A DNA stretch of 64,000 bases from an uncultured Candidatus Saccharibacteria bacterium. Its GTDB lineage: Bacteria > Patescibacteriota > Minisyncoccia > Phycocordibacterales > Zambryskibacteraceae. The DNA lies in assembly GCA_964582295.1 (NCBI GenBank), contig CAZOQP010000001.1, positions 148,754 through 212,753 of the forward strand. Direction: 5' to 3'. Made by a program: the position numbers and the translations under genes. The stretch's first letter is position 1; every line of letters starts with the position of its first letter. A model generated the notes under the pieces. It was not told the origin of the DNA. It worked only from the letters and a program-made list of their open reading frames with translations, and ran no database searches. Positions 55,349-64,000 of the stretch are shown here, one piece after another.

Positions 55349-57322
55349 ATGAAAAAAATAGTTTTAGGTTTTGCAGGTTTTGCTATCGCCTTTGCCCTGG
55401 TTGCCACACCGGTACACGGACAGACGATTGCTGAACTTCAGGCCTTGATCGCTCAATTGACAGCGCAGCTTGCTGCGCTCTCTGGAGGTTCTGCCTCAAC
55501 AGGCGTTTCCTTCACACGAGATCTTACTGTGGGTTCAACGGGGGCTGACGTCACCGCACTCCAGCAGTCTCTCGTTGCTAAAGGTTTCCTTAACATTCCG
55601 GCAGGCGTTGCATACGGCTACTTCGGCAATTTGACGAGGTCAGCAGTTGCAGCTTGGCAGGCATCAGCAGGTGTTTCACCTGCAGTTGGCTACTTTGGTC
55701 CTATCTCCCGCGCAGCCTTTGGTGGCAGCGTAGGAACAGGCACTGGAGTTGGAACGGGAACTGGTACCACCGGCTCAACCGGCACTGGCATCACGACCAT
55801 TGGAAAGGAAGGAACTTTGACAGTTGAACTGAATCCTACACCGGGAACAGGTCTCACCCTTCGTGAGGGCGACACCCGCCAGGCATTCATCGGCGTTAAA
55901 GTTAGAGCTCAGCTTTCAGACCTCGCGGTCCAGAGAGTTAAGCTTCAGCTCGGTGCATCAGGCGACACAAATGGAGAGACTTCAGATTTCTACAACAAAG
56001 TCTTCCCTGTGGTGTACTTGATGGATGGCTCGACCGTTCTTGCATCGTCGGCTTTGAACAGCTCGACTGTTGTGAAGGAGGGCTCAAGCTACTTCATCAC
56101 CCTTTCAGGATTCAACTTCTTGGTCATGAAGGACACTACTCGCGTATTGACGGTCGCATTTGACCTCAACTCGTCAGTGGACTCAACCTTTGAAAGCAAC
56201 ACCTTCTCGGTTTCTGTTCCGGCTAACGGCGTTCGCGCTGTTGACGGTGCAGGCATCAACCAGGAGGGTCCTTCAACTGCTTTCTCACGATCGCAGACAG
56301 TTGACGCAACTTCTGAATCAGAAGACGCTTCTCTTCAGCTCTCTTTGAACACAGCTTCTCCGAAATCTTCGGAAGTTGTTGCTTCAATGGGTTCGGCTGA
56401 GAACGAAATTGACGGAGTTCACATTGGATCCTTCAATATTCGCGCAGAGGATGATTCTATCCTTCTCACCGATCTTCACATCGCAGTTGGAAAGACTGGT
56501 TCAGGAGCAGCAGATGCATCAACCGTATGGTTGTATGACGCGGCTAATCCTTCAACCGCTTTGGGCTCAGCATCCGTTGCAGGCAGTGCATACGGTGGAG
56601 CTAACTTCAGCGACATAGATGTGAACATTGCTAAGGACACTACCAAGACTTTCTTGGTAAAGGTTGACTTCCGCTCTGCCAACGGCACTGCAGAGGTCTT
56701 CACCTTCACTGCTTCCTCGACAGGTATCACTGCCGAGAACTCGGAAGGTTCCACACTCGCGGCGGGAGACAAGACTGGTTCCGCAACAGGCGAAACCTTT
56801 ACTGTCCGCAACGTAGGTCCGATCTTCACTCTTCTCTCAAAGAGCATTGTGAAGAGCGCAACACCTGTGCAGAACAACACATCAACTTCAACAGCTGAGG
56901 CCACCTTCACATTGAGGATCAAGGCAGTTGGAGGCGACATCTTGTTCGGTGCCAACGCTTCGACAACCTACGCAATGGTTTCGAACGCTGGTGGAGACGG
57001 TACGGACGCTCCTTCCTTCATCGTCTATCGTGGCGGTGCGGCGGTAGCAACAGCCGGCGCTTCAACAACTTCGTTTGACACACCGTCATCCGGAGTCGTT
57101 GCTTCAAGCGACAGCTTTACTCTTCAGGAGAACAACGAGATCACTCTTCCGGTATCCTTCCTTATTGAAGGTAGGGCAACCACGGGAGCTCTTGTAATCA
57201 CTGGTTCATACGCAATTGGTCTTGAAAAGATCAACTGGGTTGCTCCGGGCGGTGCTCTTGAAGCTTCAACCTTCATGTCTGGAAACACAGACTGGAGAAC
57301 TTCAACAGTTTCACTTCCGTAA
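55349..57322 (+). CDS. secreted surface protein: signal peptide, N-terminal peptidoglycan-binding domain, Gly/Thr/Ser-rich repeat region
   Basis: PG_binding_1-like LTVGSTGADVTALQQSLVAKGFL...GYFGNLTRSAVAAWQ; GTGTGVGTGTGTTGSTGTG linker. Confidence 0.6.
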   Translation: MKKIVLGFAGFAIAFALVATPVHGQTIAELQALIAQLTAQLAALSGGSASTGVSFTRDLTVGSTGADVTALQQSLVAKGFLNIPAGVAYGYFGNLTRSAVAAWQASAGVSPAVGYFGPISRAAFGGSVGTGTGVGTGTGTTGSTGTGITTIGKEGTLTVELNPTPGTGLTLREGDTRQAFIGVKVRAQLSDLAVQRVKLQLGASGDTNGETSDFYNKVFPVVYLMDGSTVLASSALNSSTVVKEGSSYFITLSGFNFLVMKDTTRVLTVAFDLNSSVDSTFESNTFSVSVPANGVRAVDGAGINQEGPSTAFSRSQTVDATSESEDASLQLSLNTASPKSSEVVASMGSAENEIDGVHIGSFNIRAEDDSILLTDLHIAVGKTGSGAADASTVWLYDAANPSTALGSASVAGSAYGGANFSDIDVNIAKDTTKTFLVKVDFRSANGTAEVFTFTASSTGITAENSEGSTLAAGDKTGSATGETFTVRNVGPIFTLLSKSIVKSATPVQNNTSTSTAEATFTLRIKAVGGDILFGANASTTYAMVSNAGGDGTDAPSFIVYRGGAAVATAGASTTSFDTPSSGVVASSDSFTLQENNEITLPVSFLIEGRATTGALVITGSYAIGLEKINWVAPGGALEASTFMSGNTDWRTSTVSLP

Positions 57323-57365
57323 GGAATTGCCACTGGCCTAGCCGAAACTTCGGTTAGTGAAGAAC

Positions 57366-57398
57366 AAAAAACCACTCGCTTCGGCGGGTGGTTTTTTG
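57366..57398 (+). terminator. rho-independent terminator
   Basis: aaaaaaccactcgc-ttcg-gcgggtggttttttgtttt. Confidence 0.7.
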
Positions 57399-57594
57399 TT
57401 TTGTCCCACCTTTAATAACGTCTATCAATGTTCTGAACATTCATACACCTTATAAAAATATTTTTGTGTTCTTTTATGGATGAGCTTCATTTGAGTGGGA
57501 TGCCTGTAAGCGTTCAATTTATAAGGCGTCTTTAGAAGAGTAAAGATCGGAGGAAAAACCGCCGATCCATTAATAAAAATTAATCGGTTAAAAC

Positions 57595-59871
57595 ATGAAA
57601 ATAAATTTACAGGCAATAAGAAAAGTGACAGCACTCGGATGCGCGTGCGCACTTTTCTTTTCCACCATACTGGTGGCACAGGCGGCGGCATTGACTACGC
57701 TCACCCTGACATCTCCAGCGGGCGGTGAGATGTGGAGCGGAACGCAAAGTGTTACCTGGACCAGTGACGGGGATGGCACATCTGGCGACATGGTAGAAAT
57801 AATGTATTCAGCAGACGGGGGCGCTTTTTTCAGCACTCTAACAACTGTTGAGGACGAAGGATCTTCCGGAAGTTCTTTCTCGGTTGATACAACTACGGTT
57901 TCAGACGGCACCGAATATCAAGTGAAAATAATTTCCGGACTACAGGAAAGTGTTTCGGCAAATTTCACTATTGATAACACAGTACCTGTCATTACTCTCA
58001 CCGGAAGTTCAACTGTGGACCTGACAGTTGGAGATTCCTACACGGATGAAGGAGCAACGGCAAACGACAACATTGACGGAGACATCACCGCGGACATCGT
58101 GGTAGGCGGCGATACTGTGGACACTTCGGCCGAAGGTACTTACATTGTTACTTACAATGTTTCCGACGGTTCCGGAAATGCGGCGGTTGAAGTGACAAGG
58201 ATGGTGAATGTAGCGACTGGTTCTTCTGGCAGTGTGTCCGTAAATCTTCTTGCGAACAGCACGGCAGACGAGCTCACGATTTCAGAGGGCACGGAATTTA
58301 CCCTTACTTGGGACTCTGAAAATGCCACTTCGTGTACCGGAGATATGAACGGCACATCAATGGGCGGGGTAGATACAGACGGCTCATCTGGCCCGTTTGG
58401 AAGTGGCCACTCTCTTTACCCGACAGCAACTACAAGCTCTACGTTCACTATCACCTGTACCGACGGCTCTGAAGAAGCTTCTGATTCAGTAGAAGTATCT
58501 CTTTCTTCGGCGGCTACAGGCACTGCTTCAACGACCATTTTTGCTAACGGTACATCCGAAGATATATCTATTTCAGATGGTACCGGGCTTACCATAAGCT
58601 GGGCATCCGAAGATGTAACTAGCTGTGAACTAGACGTAAACAATGGAGAAAATGTAAGCGGGGTGGCTACGACCGGAGAAGCAGGTCCTTTCACCACCGG
58701 CCATCCGTTCTATCCGACAGCTGAACAGGAATCCACATTCCTTATTACCTGTACGGACGGTTCAACAGTTGTCTCGGATTCTCTTAGTGTATTCCTCTCT
58801 ACCGGCGGTGGTGGAGGCGGAGGTGACGAAGCAACCAGCACGCTTACCTCTCTTACTCTCACGGCCCCCACGGGAGGAGAAGTGTGGAGCGGCAATCAGA
58901 ACATTACCTGGACAAGTAATGGCACCGGAACATCAAGTGATATGGTGAACATTTCTTACTCTTCTGACGGCGGTTCTTTCACAACTATCGGCACTGTGAC
59001 TGATGAAGGCACCGGAGGAAGCTCATTCAGTGTAGACACCACGACTGTTCCCAACGGAACGCAGTATGTGGTGAAGATATCTCTTGAAGGAGATGATTCA
59101 GTGAGTGACACTTCCGGAGTATTCACTATCAGCAATGCTTCAGGAGGGGACGGAGATGACGATGGCGATGATGGAGACGGCAGTGGCACAAGCACCACAA
59201 CCCTCACGGCACTAGACAGCGTTCTCATTGAGACCACAGTGAACACAGCAGTGACGTTCACTCTCAACACCTCTACTACATCAACGACCTCGCTCACGTA
59301 CATCATTGTTACCTTGCCAGCGCACGGAACATTGAGCGCGACGACCTCAACTACGACGAATGAGATCACCTACACACCGGGGCTAAATTACACCGGCCCA
59401 GATTCATTCACATTCAAGGTGAATGACGGCACAGGTGACACAAATGTGGCTACAGTGTCTCTGCAGGTTAATCCTGTAAATCCGGCACCGTCATCCTCAT
59501 CGGGCGGAGGTGGGGGCAGTCGGATATTGTCCACAACGCCTTTGTTCTTCTCTAACCAGTTCCAGTTCCCGTTCATTCCGAATACCGGACTGGCTCTTGG
59601 AACAGGCACAGGTATGGGTACGGGTTCGGCAGGCGGCCAGGTCCTTGGGACGTTCAGCTTCAGGTTCTTGAGCAATCTCGGCTTTGGAAACAGGAGCGAG
59701 TTTGTACTTGAGCTTCAGAAGAAGCTTGCGGCGCTCGGGTTCTTCCAGGTTCAGCCGACCGGATTCTTCGGCCCCATCACCCGTGCTGCGGTGAGGGCAT
59801 TCCAGGAATCCCGAGGTGTTATCTCTACAGGATTCGTGGGACCTTTGACTCGCGCAGAGCTCAACAGGTAG
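57595..59871 (+). CDS. secreted surface protein with duplicated Ig-like/DUF5011-type modules, Gly-rich linkers and C-terminal peptidoglycan-binding domain
   Basis: Two copies of LTLTSPAGGE(M/V)WSG...SFSVDTTTV module; C-terminal SNLGFGNRSEFVLELQKKLAALGFF...GFFGPITRAAVRAFQ. Confidence 0.6.
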   Translation: MKINLQAIRKVTALGCACALFFSTILVAQAAALTTLTLTSPAGGEMWSGTQSVTWTSDGDGTSGDMVEIMYSADGGAFFSTLTTVEDEGSSGSSFSVDTTTVSDGTEYQVKIISGLQESVSANFTIDNTVPVITLTGSSTVDLTVGDSYTDEGATANDNIDGDITADIVVGGDTVDTSAEGTYIVTYNVSDGSGNAAVEVTRMVNVATGSSGSVSVNLLANSTADELTISEGTEFTLTWDSENATSCTGDMNGTSMGGVDTDGSSGPFGSGHSLYPTATTSSTFTITCTDGSEEASDSVEVSLSSAATGTASTTIFANGTSEDISISDGTGLTISWASEDVTSCELDVNNGENVSGVATTGEAGPFTTGHPFYPTAEQESTFLITCTDGSTVVSDSLSVFLSTGGGGGGGDEATSTLTSLTLTAPTGGEVWSGNQNITWTSNGTGTSSDMVNISYSSDGGSFTTIGTVTDEGTGGSSFSVDTTTVPNGTQYVVKISLEGDDSVSDTSGVFTISNASGGDGDDDGDDGDGSGTSTTTLTALDSVLIETTVNTAVTFTLNTSTTSTTSLTYIIVTLPAHGTLSATTSTTTNEITYTPGLNYTGPDSFTFKVNDGTGDTNVATVSLQVNPVNPAPSSSSGGGGGSRILSTTPLFFSNQFQFPFIPNTGLALGTGTGMGTGSAGGQVLGTFSFRFLSNLGFGNRSEFVLELQKKLAALGFFQVQPTGFFGPITRAAVRAFQESRGVISTGFVGPLTRAELNR

Positions 59872-59895
59872 TTTCCTAGAAGAAAACACTTAAAA

Positions 59896-59931
59896 CCAAA
59901 AACCCCGCTGTTGATTGAGCGGGGTTTTTGG
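59896..59931 (+). terminator. rho-independent terminator
   Basis: ccaaaaaccccgc-tgttgattga-gcggggtttttgg. Confidence 0.7.
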
Positions 59932-59946
59932 TTTACTGTGAGTAAG

Positions 59947-60843
59947 ATGTTTTCCTGGATAAGGCGTCATTTTGTTCCTCATACAGTAAATGACAATCGT
60001 CCGCATTTTCTTCGCGGCAACGCTCTTCACCTGACACTTCTCGTTGCACTTCTTCTTGAATTTGCCGTGTTTGCAACACCTCTCGCCACAATGCTCGGGG
60101 GCTCCCGCTTCACAGCAGCTGTTTTGCCCGCGGTTTTATCCGATCTCACGAACCAAAAGCGTTCTCTTTCAAGTCTTCAGCCGCTAAAAGTAAATCCTAT
60201 TTTGCAGAGGGCTGCCCAATTAAAGGCGGATGATATGGCTAAAAAAGGGTATTTTGCCCACACCAGTCCTGAAGGGAAAACTCCGTGGAGCTTTCTCAAG
60301 CAAGTGGGCTACGAATACGAATATGCGGGGGAAAACCTGGCCGTAAATTTTTATGATTCACAGGATGTTACGAATGCCTGGATGAATTCGCCATCTCACC
60401 GTGCGAATATTGAAAGGGGTGTGTATCGGGAAGTGGGGAGTGCGGTGGCGGTAGGCAATTTCAGGGGTCAGCCGGCTATTTTCGCAGTGCAGATGTATGC
60501 GAGTCCTGCGGTATATGTGCCCATTTATCCCGCCTCTAATGTATCTGCCAATAGTAATTCCGCAGCCGCTTATAATTCCGTAGCACCGAAGTTTTTTGAA
60601 AGAATTCTTTCTTCTCCCCATCGCACCACGAATATTATTTTACTTTCTGTTGCCGCTCTCATTCTTCTGGCTATACTCCTGAAGCTTCTGGTGAAAACAA
60701 ACGTGAAGCATCCGCATCTTATTACGAACGGCCTGGTGGCCCTCGTTATCATATTCGGCATTTATATAGCAACCGACACCGTGGTAAGGGCAGGGGGCAA
60801 TATACAAACCTCGCACTTTGAAAGCTTCGAATCCAGCCGGTAG
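59947..60843 (+). CDS. CAP-domain (SCP/PR-1-like, YkwD-type) protein flanked by TM segments
   Basis: GENLA...TNAWMNSPSHRANI...G CAP motifs; ATG at 59947 (listed ORF starts at TTG 59911 inside the upstream terminator). Confidence 0.6.
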   Translation: MFSWIRRHFVPHTVNDNRPHFLRGNALHLTLLVALLLEFAVFATPLATMLGGSRFTAAVLPAVLSDLTNQKRSLSSLQPLKVNPILQRAAQLKADDMAKKGYFAHTSPEGKTPWSFLKQVGYEYEYAGENLAVNFYDSQDVTNAWMNSPSHRANIERGVYREVGSAVAVGNFRGQPAIFAVQMYASPAVYVPIYPASNVSANSNSAAAYNSVAPKFFERILSSPHRTTNIILLSVAALILLAILLKLLVKTNVKHPHLITNGLVALVIIFGIYIATDTVVRAGGNIQTSHFESFESSR

Positions 60844-60847
60844 TATT

Positions 60848-60879
60848 GCCGCACACCTGCCTTAAGGCAGGTGTGCGGC
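60848..60879 (+). terminator. rho-independent terminator
   Basis: gccgcacacctgcc-ttaa-ggcaggtgtgcggc then T-rich. Confidence 0.7.
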
Positions 60880-61066
60880 TTGATGTATTTTCTGTAGTTC
60901 TTATAATAAATGTATGGAGAAATACTTTGATAAAGATTTTTTTAAGGCACTCGCTGGTTTTCTATTTCTCCTTCTTATATCGGGGGCAATAGCTATTTCC
61001 GTAAGATTGTACGAAAAGCAGAACATCGCCTCTGCCCCGTGCGCAGATGATTCCTTGTGTTAATTT

Positions 61067-61444
61067 ATGGAAAATCCGGATGGTAACAAAATAGGGTGGT
61101 ACAAGAAAAAGAGATATATCATCCCGATCGGACTTCTAAGTCTATTTTTTCTTTCTAGCGATGATAGTTTGCCGGTCTCTAAAGTAGTTGAATCAACACA
61201 ATTTCAATCTGAAATTAATCTTCCTGTTTCAGCATCTATTACAGAAAACAGGACAATCCAAAGCTCCACGCAAACTTTAAAAAATTGCCACCCTAATTAT
61301 TCAGGATGTTTAAATCCGAATGCTAGTGATTACGATTGCGCAGGTGGATCGGGAAACGGTCCTTACTATACAGGGGCCGTTCGTGTTATTGGTTACGACG
61401 TATTTGACTTAGATAGAGATGGGGACGGATGGGGATGCGAGTAA
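61067..61444 (+). CDS. Excalibur calcium-binding domain protein (secreted)
   Basis: C-terminal DYDCAGGSGNGPYY...DLDRDGDGWGCE Excalibur signature; AT-rich gene. Confidence 0.65.
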   Translation: MENPDGNKIGWYKKKRYIIPIGLLSLFFLSSDDSLPVSKVVESTQFQSEINLPVSASITENRTIQSSTQTLKNCHPNYSGCLNPNASDYDCAGGSGNGPYYTGAVRVIGYDVFDLDRDGDGWGCE

Positions 61445-61602
61445 TCGTTCTTCAAATTTAATGCAGTAGGTGAATAAAGTAGCAAAACAAGGATCCTATC
61501 TGCTCTCTAATCCCTAGATCTGGCACCTGGTTCTTGATGTGAGCACTCAATTCTGTAGCACGAGTGGTGAAAAAGGTTTAAGAGTTTTATACTAGATTTA
61601 TA

Positions 61603-62934
61603 ATGAAGAAATTGGCCTTAATAGGGTTTCTGATCCCATCCCTCACCTTTGCAGCTTGGTGGAATCCATCCTCTTGGATATGGGTACAAAGAATATTCTA
61701 TCCAGTTTCTGATCAACAGATCCAAATTATAGACGAATTAAGTCAAAAAGTTTCAGATCTTGAAAAAAAATTAGAGGAAGATTCAAAAGGGGAAGATAAG
61801 AAAGTGACTAATCCAGCAGTAAGTAAATCTGCTGTTACAGAACCTAAAATTGTAAATGGGGGTAGTTCGGGAGTATCTTTAACTGCTTCAGAAATTTTTC
61901 AATTAGTTAGTTATGGTATTGTTTATATTGAGGTGGGGAATGGACACGGTTCCGGTTTTGTTATTTCTAATGACGGATTGATTTTGACCAATGCTCATGT
62001 TGTGGGGAAATATAAAATTGTAACTTTATATTTTGGAAATAAATCAGTGCAGGCCGACGTAATAGGAAGGGATGATTTTACTGACGTGGCCCTTTTAAAA
62101 GCCGTCGCTTTGCCATCTTCGGCGAAGGTATTAAATTTAGGGGACACTTCTAACCTTATGCAAGGAGATAGAGTGTATACTCTGGGTTTTCCGCAAAATA
62201 CTAATAAAGAAGTAAGTATAAAAGAGGGGATTTTTTCTAGAAAATCATCGATAGGATCTAATCCAACTCTCGAGGTTACCGCAGGAATATTTTTTGGCAA
62301 TAGCGGAGGCCCACTTGTAGACACAAAGGGTAATGCGGTGGGAATAAATTCTTGGGGAGAGGCATCTAAAGATAATAGAGGAGATACAGTTGGTGAATTA
62401 GGACATGCTCTGGATATAAATAAGGTCAAACAACTATTGCCAGAGTTAAAGAAAGGTTTAGTTTTAGAAAGAAATAAGATTTCCAGTGAGTCTGAATTTC
62501 TGATAAAAGGTATTTTACAAAAATTACAGACGAAAATTGGAAATAAAGAAATTACAGAATATTTATTAACTGATATAGGCGATGATATGTATTTCAGTAG
62601 ATATTTGAGTGGTTCCTTAAATGTGCTGAATTCTTTAAGACAAACAATATTGTCAATAGATGAGGATATTTCCACCAAATTCTTAGAGACAGATACAACC
62701 TTATCTAATTATCAGAGAGGTAAAATATCAGAATTTCACTTTTTTATAAGAAATAAGATTGGAGAGTATGATAGAAAATTGGTATACATAACTGAACTTT
62801 CTACAAATTTGAATTCTAATAAGGCAACAAATCAAGATCTTAATATGAAAACATCAATAACTGAACTAAAAAAATATATACAGACAGAAGTGAATACTAT
62901 TAATGAAAAACTTTGGATAGCCTCTATTTTTTAG
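61603..62934 (+). CDS. secreted trypsin-like serine protease (S1C/HtrA-like) with C-terminal domain of unknown function
   Basis: His TNAHVV, Asp DVALL, Ser GNSGGPL catalytic triad motifs; ~180-aa C-terminal extension without PDZ signature. Confidence 0.65.
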   Translation: MKKLALIGFLIPSLTFAAWWNPSSWIWVQRIFYPVSDQQIQIIDELSQKVSDLEKKLEEDSKGEDKKVTNPAVSKSAVTEPKIVNGGSSGVSLTASEIFQLVSYGIVYIEVGNGHGSGFVISNDGLILTNAHVVGKYKIVTLYFGNKSVQADVIGRDDFTDVALLKAVALPSSAKVLNLGDTSNLMQGDRVYTLGFPQNTNKEVSIKEGIFSRKSSIGSNPTLEVTAGIFFGNSGGPLVDTKGNAVGINSWGEASKDNRGDTVGELGHALDINKVKQLLPELKKGLVLERNKISSESEFLIKGILQKLQTKIGNKEITEYLLTDIGDDMYFSRYLSGSLNVLNSLRQTILSIDEDISTKFLETDTTLSNYQRGKISEFHFFIRNKIGEYDRKLVYITELSTNLNSNKATNQDLNMKTSITELKKYIQTEVNTINEKLWIASIF

Positions 62935-62968
62935 AAACTTAAAAAATATAAAAATCTTACAAAACACA

Positions 62969-63015
62969 AAACCCTAGTAATAATGCGTAGTAAACGCATT
63001 ATTACTAGGGTTTTT
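62969..63015. terminator. bidirectional terminator
   Basis: aaaccctagtaataatgcg-tagtaaa-cgcattattactagggttttt, 19-bp perfect stem between convergent genes. Confidence 0.7.
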
Positions 63016-63025
63016 GGCGGATTGC

Positions 63026-63325
63026 TTACGCCTTACGAAGCACCACCACATCTTCCGCTTGTATCCCTTTCTGCCCTTGTACCAGACCGAATTCTACCAG
63101 GTCTCCTTCTTTGAGGGATTTGAATCCGGTATCCCGGATTGCGGAGAAGTGGACGAAGACGTCCGGCCCGCCTTCCCGGGCGATGAAGCCGAAGCCCTTG
63201 GCATCATTGAACCACTTCACGGTGCCGGTCAGACGTCCCGGAGTGCTCACAGGAGTGGGATTTTGGCTCTCCCGATCTCTTGCACGGTCGTCATCCCCGT
63301 TGGCGGGTTTTCTCGTCTTGCCCAT
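63026..63325 (-). CDS. cspA: cold-shock protein (CspA family) with 33-aa N-terminal low-complexity extension, GC-rich
   Basis: [15 protein letters not shown] (RNP1), VFVHF (RNP2). Confidence 0.75.
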   Translation of the reverse strand: MGKTRKPANGDDDRARDRESQNPTPVSTPGRLTGTVKWFNDAKGFGFIAREGGPDVFVHFSAIRDTGFKSLKEGDLVEFGLVQGQKGIQAEDVVVLRKA

Positions 63326-63444
63326 CTGGCTCTCCCTTGGTGGTGGTAAACCTACTACCCATTTAGGCAGTAGGGACGATCTTCTTCTTATTAAATCACT
63401 AACTGCATTTTTGTCAACAGTATACGCAACAGCTTTTTTAATTC

Positions 63445-63480
63445 ACCCATTCTGGTGTTCGTACGAACACCAGAATGGGT
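63445..63480. promoter_or_regulatory. perfect 17-bp-arm palindrome in divergent intergenic region (candidate operator or cold-shock 5'UTR element)
   Basis: acccattctggtgttcg-ta-cgaacaccagaatgggt between csp (-) and pyrD-like (+) starts. Confidence 0.35.
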
Positions 63481-63564
63481 TTCCTTGCTTTGGATTGTTT
63501 TATGTTTATCCTGTAGCGCAGAAGCTCTTAATAAAACTCAAGATACAGGAGATTCACTGTGCTA

Positions 63565-64000
63565 ATGAAAATCGTGGATTTCGGACGAGTGTGGGGAGCG
63601 AGCGGAGTGCAGGGATTTTTCGGTGAAGGATACTGGTTCCACCATTGGCTGAAACCAGTGGGTTTGGACTTCAGTTCGGCCACATTCGTGGCAAAAACAA
63701 CCACCCTTGGACCGCGGCTTGATCCGTCACAAGGTCTGGGGAATATGCCTCTGAAAGAGGATTGGACACCTTCCGAGATATTTCCGAAATGCATTGTGGT
63801 GAGGCCTCTTCAGGGGCTTGCGCTGAATGCGGTCGGGCTTAGCGGACCGGGAGCGAAAGCTCTTTTTGAGACTGGAAGATGGCAAAGTCTCAGAAAGCCA
63901 TTCTTCCTTTCTTTCATGTCCGTGGCCTCCACTCCACAGCACAGGATTGAAGAGTTACGAGAATTTGTGACTATGCTCAAATTCTTCATGTCGCACTTCA
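63565..64000 (+). CDS. dihydroorotate dehydrogenase-family (PyrD-like) flavoprotein, 5' fragment running off window
   Basis: MKIVDFGRVWGASGVQGFFG, VAKTTTLGPR...GN, LNAVGLSGPG match DHOD N-terminal motifs; no stop before window end. Confidence 0.5.
   Translation, partial: MKIVDFGRVWGASGVQGFFGEGYWFHHWLKPVGLDFSSATFVAKTTTLGPRLDPSQGLGNMPLKEDWTPSEIFPKCIVVRPLQGLALNAVGLSGPGAKALFETGRWQSLRKPFFLSFMSVASTPQHRIEELREFVTMLKFFMSHF

Noticed and set aside
55735-55805. Short tandem repeats ggaacaggcactggagttggaacgggaactggtacc... that resemble a spacer-repeat array
   Set aside because: They are in frame inside the PG-binding surface protein gene and encode a (GTG)n low-complexity linker. No regular repeat-spacer periodicity and no cas genes; not a CRISPR array.
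63111-63626. Plus-strand 171-aa ORF overlapping csp
   Set aside because: Antisense to a strongly supported cold-shock protein gene; low-complexity Pro/Ser/Arg translation typical of GC-rich antisense frames.

Overview
This 64-kb window looks like a small-genome bacterium with about 45% background GC and tightly packed housekeeping genes, many with ATGA start/stop overlaps. The gene content (type-2 IleRS, alpha2 GlyRS, short HolA and RecO, no rplA after rplK, no rplI after rpsR) fits Candidate Phyla Radiation / Patescibacteria (Parcubacteria-like); that placement is an inference. Identifiable genes: tsaE, polA, holA, fpg, murE, ruvA, rpsT, ruvX, rplS, rluA-family, uppS, mpg, msrA, secE-nusG-rplK, a dTMP module (cytidylyltransferase, dCMP-deaminase-like, HIT, folA, thyA, dut), argS, an ECF sigma factor, ileS, recO, glyQS, an M16 peptidase, an AI-2E transporter, metG, tatD, rpsF-ssb-rpsR, efp, recA, ftsK, a block of peptidoglycan-binding and Ser/Thr/Gly-rich surface proteins, a CAP-domain protein, an Excalibur protein, an S1 protease, cspA, and a partial PyrD-like gene at the 3' edge. 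There are nine tRNAs (Arg-CCG, Lys-TTT, Arg-GCG?, Ser-TGA, Arg-TCT, Leu-CAG, Leu-GAG, Val-TAC, His-GTG) and no rRNA or CRISPR. The most unusual observations are: (1) an identical 40-nt GC-rich palindromic element inserted in frame in two unrelated genes (SpoU methyltransferase and Fpg), resembling Rickettsia palindromic elements; (2) an isoleucyl-tRNA synthetase carrying a complete histidine-phosphatase (PGAM-like) domain in place of the usual short connecting/zinc region; (3) a family of nested, long hairpin-forming intergenic repeats with a conserved core and shared terminal inverted repeats; (4) an AT-rich ~4.4-kb integrative element (large serine recombinase, XRE regulator, SEC-C protein) whose recombinase gene overlaps tRNA-Leu(GAG); (5) tRNA-associated mini-insertions, namely a GIY-YIG nuclease gene flanked by a partial tRNA-Lys 5' duplicate and a 620-bp cassette flanked by 15-nt tRNA-Arg 3'-end repeats; (6) several GC-rich single-gene islands. 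Coordinates were derived by hand and may be off by 1-2 nt in places.
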